From: a bacterium
GTDB taxonomy: Bacteria; SZUA-182; DTGQ01; JAFGSM01
Direction of reading: 5' to 3'
NCBI GenBank assembly: GCA_049472315.1
Contig: JBLIRN010000003.1
Span: 1 to 64,000, forward strand
Length of the DNA stretch: 64,000 bases
Below, piece by piece: positions 10,379 through 21,129 of the stretch. The translations under genes were made by a program, and so were the position numbers. The first letter of the stretch is position 1, and each line of letters begins with the position of its first letter. A model generated the notes under the pieces. The model ran no database searches. It was given only the letters and a program-made list of their open reading frames with translations, and was not told the DNA's origin.

Positions 10379-11221
10379 TTGCTTGATAGGCAACAACTCG
10401 AGGCACTATACACGCATCTGAACCGTCGCGTATACGTACACCCTGACCCCCTCGAATTCCTTTATGCCTACCCGGATCTGCGTGACCGGGAGATCGTGGG
10501 GCTCGTAGCGTCCTCCCTGGCATACGGAAGGGTTGCGCAGATATTAAAAAGCGTGTCCACGGTGCTCCGGCGGATGCCGCGGCCCTTCCATTTTCTCATG
10601 GATGCATCGCGGGCATCACTCCATGCGGAATACGCAGATTTCAGGCATCGCTTCACCACCGGTGAGGATCTTGCGGCCCTGCTGTATGGCGCGAGGACAG
10701 CCATTGAGCGGTATGGATCCCTCAATGCATGTTTCCGTTCCGGGCTTCGAAATGAGCATGAAACGGTGCTTCCCGCACTTTTATCCTTTATGCGGGAACT
10801 CTCCGAACCGGGCTCGGGGAGATGCAACACCCTCCTCCCCTCACCCGATACGGGGAGCGCATGCAAGCGTATGAACCTGTTTTTGCGCTGGATGGTACGA
10901 AGGGATGCCGTGGATCCGGGCGGATGGGAAGGGGTGCCTCCGGCCAAGCTTCTGGCCCCTCTGGATACCCACCTGTACCGGATCGGATGTGCCCTGCGGC
11001 TCACCACGCGAAGGCAGGCGGATATGAAAACCGTCCTTGATATCACCTGCGCATTTAGAACGATCTGCCCTGAAGATCCGGTACGGTATGATTTTTCGCT
11101 CACCCGCCTGGGGATGCGAATGAGGCCCAAAGAAGATCCCCTGCAATACCTCTTTGAATGCCTTAGGCAATCAGCATCCAAATCGGACCAATCCATTCAC
11201 CGGGAATTCCCTGAGCCATAG
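10379..11221 (+). CDS. TIGR02757/DUF2400 family protein (HhH-GPD-like)
   Basis: PDPLEF, DREIVGLVASSLAYGRV, SACKRMNLFLRWMVR, PLDTH, DPVRYDFSLTRLG. Confidence 0.92.
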   Translation: MLDRQQLEALYTHLNRRVYVHPDPLEFLYAYPDLRDREIVGLVASSLAYGRVAQILKSVSTVLRRMPRPFHFLMDASRASLHAEYADFRHRFTTGEDLAALLYGARTAIERYGSLNACFRSGLRNEHETVLPALLSFMRELSEPGSGRCNTLLPSPDTGSACKRMNLFLRWMVRRDAVDPGGWEGVPPAKLLAPLDTHLYRIGCALRLTTRRQADMKTVLDITCAFRTICPEDPVRYDFSLTRLGMRMRPKEDPLQYLFECLRQSASKSDQSIHREFPEP

Positions 11222-11380
11222 CACTGAGGCGTGATCCCTTGTCGGGATGCATAAAAAATCCCCTCCCCGTATAGTTTCTATACCTGTCTCGATGGATGTA
11301 TGCCTGGCTGCAGAACCCCGAAAAGGTTCAAAATCGGGTGGTTTCCCTCCATTCAGGCAGGGCGATGCGCCTGAGCCTTT

Positions 11381-11396
11381 TGGAACGATACTTGCT
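11381..11396 (+). promoter_or_regulatory. Putative sigma54 (-24/-12) promoter
   Basis: TGGAAC-GATAC-TTGCT versus consensus TGGCAC-N5-TTGCW, about 60 nt before the start at 11457. Confidence 0.65.
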
Positions 11397-11456
11397 TTTT
11401 CACGTAAGCAAACTGAATATGTATGGTTGCAGCAGATGAGACAATGGAGGCTTACA

Positions 11457-12452
11457 ATGTTTTTCATTACCAAGGACCACTCGGCAAGGATACAATCCTG
11501 TATCTTTTTTCTTTCACTCGTCATCATCATTGTGGTGGGCGCATGCCAGGGGGCGGAGGCCTATTACGGACTTGGGCTTTATGGCGGCGGGATTTACGGA
11601 GGGTCAAGCCTGTACGGCCTTGGCGGATCATACGGACTCTCAGGATACGGCAGCCTTTACGGGCTGGGCAGTTTGTACGGCATGGGCAGCCTGTATGGCC
11701 TCGGCGGATTGTATGGACTTTCAGGTATGGGAGGTCTCTACGGCATGGGCAGCCTGTATGGCCTCGGTGGATTGTATGGACTTTCAGGTATGACCGGTCT
11801 CTATGGTCTGGGGAGCCTATACGGCCTCGGCGGGTTGTATGGCGGCCTTGGAGGCATCTATGGTTTGGGCGGCCTGTCCGGGCTCGGCGGCGGTCTCACT
11901 ATGCTCGGCCTGGCCTACGGACTGGGCGGGAGCTCGGGGCTTCAGAATCTCCAGGCAATGGCCGGGCTCGCCAACCCCCTGAATCCTTTTGGCAGCCTGG
12001 GGCTTTCGAATCTGGGGGTGCAGTCCCCGGCGCTGACGAATCTCTTGGGAATAACGGCTGAGCAGGCAGGAACGTGGACCGGTACCTGGTACAGCCTGGT
12101 AAAGCTGAATGCGGGTATCATGAATATGACGCTCGTCGAGGATGCGGTGAACGGAATCCTGACCGGAGAGGTGACCCTCATCCTGAACAAATTCACCAAT
12201 TCGGTACCCGCCGAGGTGAGCGGACTGTATAGCGGCGGTGACACCTTTATCCTGACCGGAGGAAATAACACCATATTCTCGACCACCCTCTTGGTCACGA
12301 CCGCGATTACCCTCTATGAGATCGAGCTGAATTGTACCCTGACCGGTCCCTCAACCATGACCGGCACATACACGATCAACGATCTGACGAAGCTGCTCGG
12401 GTATGATTATGGGAACTTCAATCTTACCCTGAGTGCGGCACCGATTATATAA
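11457..12452 (+). CDS. Secreted protein: signal peptide, Gly/Tyr/Leu (YGLGGL-type) repeat region, beta-rich C-terminal domain
   Basis: GGAGG before ATG 11457; hydrophobic stretch ending AEA; repeats; then AEQAGTWTGTW followed by alternating beta-strand pattern. Confidence 0.88.
   Translation: MFFITKDHSARIQSCIFFLSLVIIIVVGACQGAEAYYGLGLYGGGIYGGSSLYGLGGSYGLSGYGSLYGLGSLYGMGSLYGLGGLYGLSGMGGLYGMGSLYGLGGLYGLSGMTGLYGLGSLYGLGGLYGGLGGIYGLGGLSGLGGGLTMLGLAYGLGGSSGLQNLQAMAGLANPLNPFGSLGLSNLGVQSPALTNLLGITAEQAGTWTGTWYSLVKLNAGIMNMTLVEDAVNGILTGEVTLILNKFTNSVPAEVSGLYSGGDTFILTGGNNTIFSTTLLVTTAITLYEIELNCTLTGPSTMTGTYTINDLTKLLGYDYGNFNLTLSAAPII
11676..11801 (+). repeat. 63-bp in-frame tandem duplication (21 aa)
   Basis: 11676-11738 and 11739-11801 differ at 4 positions; YGMGSLYGLGGLYGLSGM(G/T)GL. 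Confidence 0.9.
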
Positions 12453-12582
12453 CCCAAGGGAAATGGCAGGTGAAAATTGGGTCGCAGCATGCCCTTTAGG
12501 TGGTCGGCAGGGCTGTATACTGCTGGGCTTCGCTTTGCCTAACATGTTTGGTGAGTGTTCCGCTTCGCTCCACCTGGCAAGC

Positions 12583-13632
12583 TTAGATGATTCTTACCTC
12601 GGCCTCCATCACCCGGTGACCGGTCAGTATCTCCGCGATTTGGACCGCATTGAGGGCTGCGCCCTTGCGAAGGTTGTCGGACACGATCCACAGGTTGAGG
12701 CCATGGGCCACCGATTCATCCCTGCGGATACGGCCGACGAATACCGGGTCCTCTCCGGCGGCATCGATGGGAAGCGGATATATATTCTGGCGGGGATCAT
12801 CCACCACCACGACTCCCGGGCTTTTTTTCAGGATTTCCCTGCATTCATCAGGTGAAAGTTCACGATCGAGCTCTATGTTCACCGCCTCGGAATGCCCGAT
12901 GAACACAGGTACCCGCACCGTGGTTGCGGTGACCCGAATGGTGTCGTCCCCCATGATCTTCCTGGTTTCGTTTACCATCTTCATCTCCTCCTTGGTATAC
13001 CCGTTGTCCAGGAATATATCTATATGGGGGAGGCAATTGAACGCAATCTGGTGGGGATAGACCGATGGCTGGATGTCCTCTTTCTGGAAGTTCAACAGCA
13101 TTCTGCTCTGGTCGAAGAGTTCGTCCATGGCCTCCTTGCCCGTGCCTGAGACCGCTTGATAGGTGGACACCACGATCCGCTTGATCCTCGCATGGTCGTG
13201 GATCGGCTTGAGCGCCACCACCATCTGGATGGTGGAGCAGTTCGGATTGGCAATGATACCCTTGTGACGTTGGACATCATTCGGATTGACCTCGGGCACA
13301 ACCAGCGGCACCTCCGGGTCCATGCGAAAGGCACTGCTGTTATCCACGACCACGGTCCCCGCCTTGACCGCATAGGGGGCGAATTCGAGGCTCACGTCCC
13401 CCCCTGCAGAGAAGAGGGCAAGATCGACGCCCTTAAAGGAATCCCTTTTCAGCTCCTTGACGATGAGGGAGCGATTATGAAAAGAGACCTCCGTACCCGC
13501 CGTCCGATACGAGGCCAGAGGTACGAGTTCGCTCACCGGGAATTCCCTCTCTTCGAGGACCGCGATCATTTCCTTGCCCACAGCCCCGGTTGCACCGACA
13601 ACGGCTACCCGATATCGTTCCTTTTTTTCCAT
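12583..13632 (-). CDS. asd: Aspartate-semialdehyde dehydrogenase
   Basis: VVGATGAVG, DNSSAFRM, ANPNCSTIQ, DNLRKGAALNAVQIAE. Confidence 0.98.
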   Translation of the reverse strand: MEKKERYRVAVVGATGAVGKEMIAVLEEREFPVSELVPLASYRTAGTEVSFHNRSLIVKELKRDSFKGVDLALFSAGGDVSLEFAPYAVKAGTVVVDNSSAFRMDPEVPLVVPEVNPNDVQRHKGIIANPNCSTIQMVVALKPIHDHARIKRIVVSTYQAVSGTGKEAMDELFDQSRMLLNFQKEDIQPSVYPHQIAFNCLPHIDIFLDNGYTKEEMKMVNETRKIMGDDTIRVTATTVRVPVFIGHSEAVNIELDRELSPDECREILKKSPGVVVVDDPRQNIYPLPIDAAGEDPVFVGRIRRDESVAHGLNLWIVSDNLRKGAALNAVQIAEILTGHRVMEAEVRII

Positions 13633-13642
13633 CCGTTTTACC

Positions 13643-14716
13643 TCACTTTGCTGTGCGGGATGGCTGGCGCACAAGGTCCGCTACCATATCCCCGATCTCG
13701 TGGGTCTTGAATCCGCTTTTAGCGGACAGGTCCTTTATCTTCCCGCTCGAGAGCAGGCTGATGATGGCCTGCTCGATCAACCGGCTCCCTTCCTGTTCCT
13801 TGAGGTGCTCCAGCATCATCTGGCATGCAGAGATGGTGGCCAGGGGATTGGCTACCCCCTTTCCCGCATATTTGGGGGCGGAGCCATGGATCGGCTCAAA
13901 CATGGAGACCCCATCCGGATTGATGTTTCCGGAGGCCGCGATGCCCAGGCCTCCTTGGATCATCGCCCCGAGATCGGTGATGATATCCCCGAACATGTTG
14001 CATACCACGATCACATCGAACCATTCGGGGTTCTTCACCATCCACATGCAGGTTGCATCCACATACGCATGATCCATCGTGATGTCGCTGTATTCCTGAC
14101 CCACCTCCTTGAACACCCGCTGCCAGAGATCATGGGCATAGGTGAGCACATTGGACTTGTCGCAGAGGGTCAGCTTTTTCTCCTTGTTTCGTGTGCGGGT
14201 CAGGTCAAAGGCATATCGGACGCAGCGCTCAACGCCCTTCCGGGTGTTGATCATCTCCTGCATGGCCACCTCGTCCCTTGTCCCCTTTTTGAAGAATCCA
14301 CCAATGCCCACATAGAGCCCTTCGGTATTCTCGCGCACCACCACGAAATCGATCTCATCCGGCCCCTTGTCCTTTAAGGGGGTCCATACCCCGGGATAGA
14401 GTTTGATCGGTCTCAGGTTGATATACTGGTCGAGCTCGAAACGGAGGCGCAGGAGCAGGCCCTTCTCCAGGATGCCGGCCTGCACGCCCGGATGACCTAC
14501 TGCGCCCAGATAGATGGCATCCATGTCCCTGAGCTCGGTCATGGCCGAGTCAGGGATGATTTCACCGGTCTTCAGGTACCGATCCCCGCCAAAATCGAAA
14601 TGATGCGCCTTGAATGAAAATCCCGCCGCCTCGGACGCCGCCTGGAGCACCTTGAGCCCTTCCTGGACGATCTCCGGTCCGATCCCATCCCCGGGGATAA
14701 CTGCGATGTTATACAT
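13643..14716 (-). CDS. leuB: 3-isopropylmalate dehydrogenase
   Basis: IPGDGIGPEI, VRENTEGLY, NMFGDIITD, FEPIHGSAP; leu operon context. Confidence 0.93.
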   Translation of the reverse strand: MYNIAVIPGDGIGPEIVQEGLKVLQAASEAAGFSFKAHHFDFGGDRYLKTGEIIPDSAMTELRDMDAIYLGAVGHPGVQAGILEKGLLLRLRFELDQYINLRPIKLYPGVWTPLKDKGPDEIDFVVVRENTEGLYVGIGGFFKKGTRDEVAMQEMINTRKGVERCVRYAFDLTRTRNKEKKLTLCDKSNVLTYAHDLWQRVFKEVGQEYSDITMDHAYVDATCMWMVKNPEWFDVIVVCNMFGDIITDLGAMIQGGLGIAASGNINPDGVSMFEPIHGSAPKYAGKGVANPLATISACQMMLEHLKEQEGSRLIEQAIISLLSSGKIKDLSAKSGFKTHEIGDMVADLVRQPSRTAK

Positions 14717-14722
14717 GATCCG

Positions 14723-15154
14723 CTAATCTCCTTCGTTCGTTGTCGTTTTCCCGTGTTCTTCACAACAGTTCTTGTACTTTTTCCCGCTCCCGCACGGGCA
14801 GGGGGCGTTCCGATCGAGCATCGGCGAGCTTCCCATGACGATGATCTTGCCCTTTCTGGATTTTGTCCGGGGGCGTTTGGATTCGGTTTTGCCCCTGTTC
14901 TCCGCCCATTCCTCGTCGTCCCAGTACATGTAATCCTCTTCCATCACCCGCATCATATCCTCGATCTTCTGGTTGATCATCAGCAGGGGGAAGAGGATAA
15001 GGATGCAGCAAAAGGGGGCCATGAGCAGCATTGCCGTCTGGAAGGGGGTAAGGGGAAGAAAGAAACTGATCAGTACACCCATCCCTACGAACGCCAATGT
15101 CACCAGGATACAGGATAGAATTGCGACGACACAGAGCACGCCGATGTTTTTCAT
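14723..15154 (-). CDS. Small two-TM membrane protein with C-terminal SEC-C motif
   Basis: Two hydrophobic segments, acidic then basic linker, RNAPCPCGSGKKYKNCC; ATGA overlap with leuD. Confidence 0.85.
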   Translation of the reverse strand: MKNIGVLCVVAILSCILVTLAFVGMGVLISFFLPLTPFQTAMLLMAPFCCILILFPLLMINQKIEDMMRVMEEDYMYWDDEEWAENRGKTESKRPRTKSRKGKIIVMGSSPMLDRNAPCPCGSGKKYKNCCEEHGKTTTNEGD

Positions 15155-15654
15155 GAAATGACTCCTTTGATATAATTCATCAATCCCCCACTCTCAATCA
15201 ACTCCTTCATAAACGGTGGATAGGGGACGATCGCGTATTCTTCATCCCGGGTACGATTGATTATTTTTCCCTTTTCGACATGAACCTCCAGGGCATCGCC
15301 GGTGCGTATCCGCGCCGACGCCTGTTCGGACTCGATAATAGGCAGCCCGATGTTGATCGCGTTGCGGAAGAAGATCCGGGCAAAGCTTGCCGCAATGACG
15401 CACCCGACCTTGGCAGCCTTGATGCACAGGGGTGCATGTTCCCGTGAAGAGCCGCACCCGAAGTTTGTTCCTCCCACCAGGATATCGCCGGGCTTCACCC
15501 GGGAGGCAAACCCGGAATCAAGGTCCTCCATGCAGTGCTGGGCCAGCTCGAGGGGGTCGGTGGTGTTCAGATAGCGCGCAGGGATGATTTCATCGGTGTT
15601 TACGTTATCGCCGTATCTCCATGCCGTTCCCTTGATGATGCTGATATCAACCAT
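15151..15654 (-). CDS. leuD: 3-isopropylmalate dehydratase small subunit
   Basis: [35 protein letters not shown]. Confidence 0.96.
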   Translation of the reverse strand: MVDISIIKGTAWRYGDNVNTDEIIPARYLNTTDPLELAQHCMEDLDSGFASRVKPGDILVGGTNFGCGSSREHAPLCIKAAKVGCVIAASFARIFFRNAINIGLPIIESEQASARIRTGDALEVHVEKGKIINRTRDEEYAIVPYPPFMKELIESGGLMNYIKGVIS

Positions 15655-16924
15655 TACTATGAATCTCCTCGGGCCCGCCTATCCTGCCGAGAATTGCGGA
15701 AGCGGCCGCCACAGCAGGATTCGCCAGGTAGACCTCGCTCTTCGGATGTCCCATCCGTCCGACAAAATTCCGGTTGGTGGTGGCGATGGCCCGTTCCCCT
15801 TCGGCCAGTACCCCCATGTGACCTCCAAGACAGGGTCCGCATGTTGGCGGCGAGATCACTGCACCTGCATCCAGGAAAACGGCCAGGAGCCCTTCCTGCA
15901 TCGCCTGCTTGTATATCGCCTGGGTTGCGGGGATGACGATGAGACGCACCCCGGGGTGGACCCGTTCCCCCTTGAGCACCCCTGCGGCGATCCTCAGGTC
16001 TTCGATCCTCCCGTTGGTACAGGAACCGATCACCGACTGGTCGATCACCACCGTTCCCACCTCGCTGATGGGCCTTGTATTCGAGGGCAGATGGGGGAAT
16101 GCCACCTGGGGCTCCAGGTCATCAACGTTCCATTCGTAGACCTCCTTGCAGGGGGCGTCCTGATCGCCGTACACGGGCTCGAAGGGGCGAACCCCCCGTT
16201 CCCTGCAATAATCGATGGCCTTCCGGTCCGGTGAGATGATGCCGTTTTTGGCCCCCGCCTCTATGGCCATGTTACACATGGTGAATCGGTTGTCCATAGA
16301 GAGCCCGTCGATGACCGGTCCGGTGAATTCCATGCTCATGTACCGGGCGCCGTCCACACCGATCCTGCCGATGGTATACAGGATGAGATCCTTGCCCCCC
16401 ACCCATGCCCCGAGCTTCCCGGTATAGACAAATCTGAGGGTTTCGGGAACCTTGAACCAGATCTCCCCGGTAATCATTGCAGCCGCAAGGTCCGTGCTGC
16501 CCACGCCCGTGGCGAACGCCCCCAGCGCCCCGTAGGTACAGGTATGCGAATCCGCCCCACTGATAAGCTCACCGGGCAGGATGAGCCCCTGCTCCGGGAT
16601 CAGGGCGTGTTCGATGCCCACCTCTCCCACCTCGAAATAGTACCGTATAGTGTGTTTGCGGGCAAACTCGCGGACCTGGCGTGCCAGCTGGGCGGACTTG
16701 ATGTCCTTGTTCGGGGTGGAATGATCGGGCACCAGGTAGACCCTCTCCGGGTCGAACACCCGGGTTGCCCCGATACGTTCGAACTCGTTGATCGCAAGGG
16801 GCGCGGTGATGTCGTTTCCCAGGCAGCAATCGATTCGCGGCTTGATGAATTCCCCTGGTCGGACGAATTCCCTGCCCGTATGGCGGGCGAGAATCCTTTG
16901 GCTTATGGTCATGGCGGTGGACAT
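15647..16924 (-). CDS. leuC: 3-isopropylmalate dehydratase large subunit
   Basis: [37 protein letters not shown]. Confidence 0.96.
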   Translation of the reverse strand: MSTAMTISQRILARHTGREFVRPGEFIKPRIDCCLGNDITAPLAINEFERIGATRVFDPERVYLVPDHSTPNKDIKSAQLARQVREFARKHTIRYYFEVGEVGIEHALIPEQGLILPGELISGADSHTCTYGALGAFATGVGSTDLAAAMITGEIWFKVPETLRFVYTGKLGAWVGGKDLILYTIGRIGVDGARYMSMEFTGPVIDGLSMDNRFTMCNMAIEAGAKNGIISPDRKAIDYCRERGVRPFEPVYGDQDAPCKEVYEWNVDDLEPQVAFPHLPSNTRPISEVGTVVIDQSVIGSCTNGRIEDLRIAAGVLKGERVHPGVRLIVIPATQAIYKQAMQEGLLAVFLDAGAVISPPTCGPCLGGHMGVLAEGERAIATTNRNFVGRMGHPKSEVYLANPAVAAASAILGRIGGPEEIHSNG

Positions 16925-16945
16925 CGTTTCGGTTCCTTGAAGGAT

Positions 16946-18490
16946 TCAGAGGGATGGGGCGTTTTTCGCGCCCTTCTTCTCGTTGCGGAAGACCGCCTTG
17001 TTGAATGCATTGAGGTAGGCCTTTGCGCTCGCTACGATGACGTCGGTGGACACCCCTCTTCCCGTGAGGACCTGATCACCGATTTGCACCGAGACATTGA
17101 CCTCCCCCATGGCATCCTTCCCCCCTGCCACTGCATTGATGGAATAGGACACGAGGGTTCCCGTCATATTCGTCAGGCGGTCGATGGTCTTATACGTCGC
17201 ATCCACCGGGCCGTCGCCGCAGGCGGAATCCTGGAGTGTCTCCCCGTTTCGTTTCAACTTTATGGTTGCCGTGGGGATGGTGTGGTCACCGCTGGTGATA
17301 TGGATATAATCCAGGGCGAAGATCTCCGGAACGGCATGGATCTCATCCTCCACCAGGGCCTGGAGCTCTTCATCAAACACCTCTTTCTTCTTGTCCGCCA
17401 GCTCCTTGAATCGCTGAAAGGCCTTGTTCAGCTCATCCGTGGAAAGGTCATAGCCCAGTTCGGCCAGGCGGGCGGAGAAGGCATGCCTTCCGGAATGCTT
17501 CCCCAGGACCATCCGGCTCTGCTTCAATCCGATCGACTCGGGGGTCATGATCTCGTAAGTGGTCTTTTCCTTGAGCACCCCGTCCTGGTGAATCCCGGAT
17601 TCATGGGCAAAGGCGTTTTCGCCCACAATGGCCTTGTTCCTCTGCACCGCTATCCCGGTGAGGTGGCTTACCATCCTGCTGGTCTTATATATCTCCTCGG
17701 TGCGGATATCGGTATAGTTGCTGAAATGGTCCTGCCTGGTCCGGACGGCCATGACGATCTCTTCCAGGGCCGCGTTTCCTGCCCGCTCCCCCAGGCCGTT
17801 CATGGTGCATTCCACCTGACGCACGCCGTTTTCAACAGCGGCAAGTGAATTGGCCACGGCGAGTCCCAGGTCGTTGTGGCAATGGCAGCTCAGGATCGCC
17901 TTATCAACGTTGGGCACCCTCTCGCGGATCAGCCTGATCAGCCCTCCGAATTCGGGGGGGGTGGCATATCCCACGGTATCGGGGATATTGATGGTGGAGG
18001 CCCCGGCATTGATGGCCAGTTCCACGATCCGGCACAGGAAGTCGCGGTCGGAGCGAAAGGCATCCTCCGCGGAAAACTCCACGTCAGGGCACAGGGACCG
18101 CGCATAGCTTACCGCATCCTTGGCCATGGCCAGTACCTCTTCCCTGTCCTTTTTGAGCTTGTACTTCATATGGATGTCCGAGGTTGCGATAAAGGTATGG
18201 ATGCGCGGCCGTCGAGCATGCTTCACCGCCTCCCATGCCCGTTCGATATCCTCCCGGGTTGAACGGGCAAGCCCACAAATGGCAGGCCCCTCCACCTCCT
18301 GGGCAACCCGTTTGACCGCCTCGAAGTCACCCGGTGAGGCAATGGGAAAGCCCGCCTCTATGACATCCACATTCAGCTTTGCCAGTTGTCTGGCTATCTG
18401 CAGTTTTTCGGTTATATTCAGACTCGCCCCGGGGGATTGTTCGCCGTCCCTGAGGGTCGTGTCAAAGATGATGATTCTGTCTCTGCTCAC
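16946..18490 (-). CDS. leuA: 2-isopropylmalate synthase
   Basis: [37 protein letters not shown]-terminal regulatory domain; GTG start after AAGGAG. Confidence 0.97.
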   Translation of the reverse strand: MSRDRIIIFDTTLRDGEQSPGASLNITEKLQIARQLAKLNVDVIEAGFPIASPGDFEAVKRVAQEVEGPAICGLARSTREDIERAWEAVKHARRPRIHTFIATSDIHMKYKLKKDREEVLAMAKDAVSYARSLCPDVEFSAEDAFRSDRDFLCRIVELAINAGASTINIPDTVGYATPPEFGGLIRLIRERVPNVDKAILSCHCHNDLGLAVANSLAAVENGVRQVECTMNGLGERAGNAALEEIVMAVRTRQDHFSNYTDIRTEEIYKTSRMVSHLTGIAVQRNKAIVGENAFAHESGIHQDGVLKEKTTYEIMTPESIGLKQSRMVLGKHSGRHAFSARLAELGYDLSTDELNKAFQRFKELADKKKEVFDEELQALVEDEIHAVPEIFALDYIHITSGDHTIPTATIKLKRNGETLQDSACGDGPVDATYKTIDRLTNMTGTLVSYSINAVAGGKDAMGEVNVSVQIGDQVLTGRGVSTDVIVASAKAYLNAFNKAVFRNEKKGAKNAPSL

Positions 18491-19265
18491 CTTTTTCTCC
18501 TTTCGGAATCCTTGATCGGTATCGTTTCGCCACTGCATGAGGATTGAGTCCCTTCGCATGCACGAGGAGGATCTCCGCCGGCCCGGAGACGACGTAGCCA
18601 AGAAAGATGAGGAAAAACATCACCCGGGGCTCGGCAGCCACCACGAGGAGCAGCAACATGATCATGACCAGGGCGTGAAAGGGTTTTTTCTCTTTCAGAT
18701 TGATCTGTTTCAGGCTTCGATACCGGATGGTGCTCACCATAAGGAACGCGAGCACGTAAGCAAGCCCTGCGATCACAACGGGCTTGAGGTCCAGGGGCAC
18801 CGCGAGCAGCTGACTGAGTATGATAAAGGACGCCAGTGTCCCGGCCGCAGCGGGTATGGGGAGCCCGGTGAAGCTCTTGCTTTCCGATGTGGTCACCTGG
18901 CAGTTGAACCGGGCCAGCCTCAATGCCCCGCACACCACAAAGAGGAACGAGGCAAGCCAGCCGATCCGGCCGAATGGCCTCAGTGCCCACATATAGATCA
19001 GAACGCCCGGCGCCATGCCGAAGGAGATCAGGTCGGCAAGCGAATCGAATTCAACGCCGAACCTGGTGCAGGAATTGGTAAGCCGCGCCACTCTCCCGTC
19101 CAGGGCATCGAAGATACCGGCCACCAGGATGGCGATCGATGCAGCTTGAAAATGGTGGTTCAGTGCAGAGATGATCGCGTAGAACCCGCAGAAGATGTTG
19201 CCCAGGGTAAAGATGCTGGGCAGTATGTAAATCCCCTTTTTCATTGTCTCCTTGTCCTTAATCAT
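18462..19265 (-). CDS. pssA: CDP-diacylglycerol-serine O-phosphatidyltransferase
   Basis: DALDGRVAR...[10 protein letters not shown] motif, [17 protein letters not shown]. Confidence 0.95.
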   Translation of the reverse strand: MIKDKETMKKGIYILPSIFTLGNIFCGFYAIISALNHHFQAASIAILVAGIFDALDGRVARLTNSCTRFGVEFDSLADLISFGMAPGVLIYMWALRPFGRIGWLASFLFVVCGALRLARFNCQVTTSESKSFTGLPIPAAAGTLASFIILSQLLAVPLDLKPVVIAGLAYVLAFLMVSTIRYRSLKQINLKEKKPFHALVMIMLLLLVVAAEPRVMFFLIFLGYVVSGPAEILLVHAKGLNPHAVAKRYRSRIPKGEKGEQRQNHHL

Positions 19266-19418
19266 TTGAAAATTTCACCATAATGGCCGGGGATCGATCG
19301 CGGCGCATGACTCCTTTATCGGTCATTCGGTGAATATGCATATAGTCGATATGCACCACCGGTTCATTATGGCATTTCATGAGAAATTATAGGGCAAAGG
19401 GAGCTAAAAAGCAAACGA

Positions 19419-20054
19419 TTAGGACCCTATCCGGGCAATGGGATGCAGCCCTGCCTTGACCTTCTGGCCCGGTGTCACCAGGATCTCTGCCGAGGAGGGG
19501 ATGACGACGTCAACCCGGGAACCGAATCTGATCAATCCGAACCGGCTTCCCTGGGTGACGGCATCCCCGCAGGTGACCCGGCAGACAATCCTCCGGGCGA
19601 TGAGTCCGGCGATCTGGCGTACACCGACCTCCATGTCATTGCCCCGGATATGGATGGTATTCTGCTCATTCAACACCGAGGCCTTTTCCCTGAAGGCAGG
19701 CAGAAATTTCCCGGGATTGTAAAGGCATGTACTCACTGTCCCAGAAAAGGGGATTCGGTTGACATGACAGTTGAACACGGACATGAAGATACTGACTTGC
19801 TGTGAAGGGCCCGCCCCTTCCTCGGCCACCGGGATGATTTGAAGGATGCGTCCGTCCGCAGGGGCCAGGATGAGGTGGTCGTCCTGTAGCGTTGTGCGCT
19901 CCGGGTCGCGGAAAAAAGCGGCCACGCACAGGGAGACCACCGCGAAAAAAACGGCGGGGATCATGGCCCCGAACATGATGCATATAAACAAAAGGAGCAG
20001 CCCAGGGAGGATGAACGGCCATCCCTCCCGGGCAACCGGTATCCTGACGCTCAT
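19419..20054 (-). CDS. psd: Phosphatidylserine decarboxylase proenzyme
   Basis: FFRDPER, APADG, IFMSVFNCHVNR, RFGSRVD. Confidence 0.95.
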   Translation of the reverse strand: MSVRIPVAREGWPFILPGLLLLFICIMFGAMIPAVFFAVVSLCVAAFFRDPERTTLQDDHLILAPADGRILQIIPVAEEGAGPSQQVSIFMSVFNCHVNRIPFSGTVSTCLYNPGKFLPAFREKASVLNEQNTIHIRGNDMEVGVRQIAGLIARRIVCRVTCGDAVTQGSRFGLIRFGSRVDVVIPSSAEILVTPGQKVKAGLHPIARIGS

Positions 20055-20073
20055 TGGGATATCCCTGTTCGGC

Positions 20074-21066
20074 TTATTTCTTCAACCAGCTCATCATACC
20101 CCGCAGCTTTCTGCCGACCTGCTCGATGAGGTGCTCGGACTCCTTCTTCCGAAGGGCATTGAAAACCGGCCTTCCCGCCTTGTTTTCCAGGATCCATTCC
20201 CGTGCGAATTCCCCGCTCTGTATCTCCTGGAGGATATACTGCATCTCCTCGCGCGTCTCCTCGGAGATAATCCTTTTTCCCCTGGTAAGGTCGCCGTATT
20301 CCGCGGTATCACTGATTGAGTAGCGCATGCCGGTGATGCCGTGCTCGTTGATCAAATCCACGATCAGCTTTACCTCGTGCAGGCACTCAAAGTAGGCGAC
20401 CTCCGGTTGATACCCCGCTTCAACCAGGGTTTCGAAGCCAGCCCGGATCAATTCGGTGAGCCCCCCGCACAGGACCACCTGCTCGCCGAAGAGATCCGTT
20501 TCCGTCTCCTCCTCAAAGGTGGTTTCCAGCACGCCCGCCCTGGTGGCGCCGATGCCCTTTGCGTGGGCGAGGGCCATATCCTTGGCCTTGCCCGTGTAAT
20601 CCTGATACACGGCAATGAGGGAGGGGACGCCCTGCCCCTGCTGATATACCCTTCTGACGAGGTGCCCCGGTCCCTTGGGGGCGACCATGTATACATCCAC
20701 CTCTGCCGGAGGAATGATCTGTGAGAAATGGATATTGAAACCGTGGGAAAAGACCAGGGCGTTCCCCGGCTTCAGGTGCTCCTTGATCTGTGTTTCGTAG
20801 ACCTGGGGTTGAAACTGGTCGGGCACGAGGATCTGGATGATGTCCGCCTTTTTGCACGCCTCGGGCGTCTGCATGATGGTCATTTTGTCCTTTTCCGCCT
20901 GCTGCCAGTTGGTGCTGCCCGGCAGGTCGCTGACAACGACATCGAGCCCGCTATCCTTGAGATTCTGTGACTGGGCGTGCCCCTGGCTTCCATAGCCGAC
21001 CACGGCAATCGTCTTATTCTTGAGGATGCCCAGATCCGCGTCCTTATCGTAGTACATCGTAGCCAT
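20074..21066 (-). CDS. ilvC: Ketol-acid reductoisomerase
   Basis: [29 protein letters not shown]. Confidence 0.99.
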   Translation of the reverse strand: MATMYYDKDADLGILKNKTIAVVGYGSQGHAQSQNLKDSGLDVVVSDLPGSTNWQQAEKDKMTIMQTPEACKKADIIQILVPDQFQPQVYETQIKEHLKPGNALVFSHGFNIHFSQIIPPAEVDVYMVAPKGPGHLVRRVYQQGQGVPSLIAVYQDYTGKAKDMALAHAKGIGATRAGVLETTFEEETETDLFGEQVVLCGGLTELIRAGFETLVEAGYQPEVAYFECLHEVKLIVDLINEHGITGMRYSISDTAEYGDLTRGKRIISEETREEMQYILQEIQSGEFAREWILENKAGRPVFNALRKKESEHLIEQVGRKLRGMMSWLKK

Positions 21067-21129
21067 AATCCAATCTCCTGAACATGGTGGTTTATCCGGT
21101 GAACATTATGTCAATATCAATTTTTTAAC

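Noticed and set aside
11247..11456. N-terminal extension or riboswitch before the Gly-rich gene
   Set aside because: The RBS and signal peptide point to ATG 11457; no riboswitch consensus recognised
11560..11940. Possible CRISPR or non-coding tandem array
   Set aside because: The repeats are in-frame codon repeats with no unique spacers; no cas genes in the window
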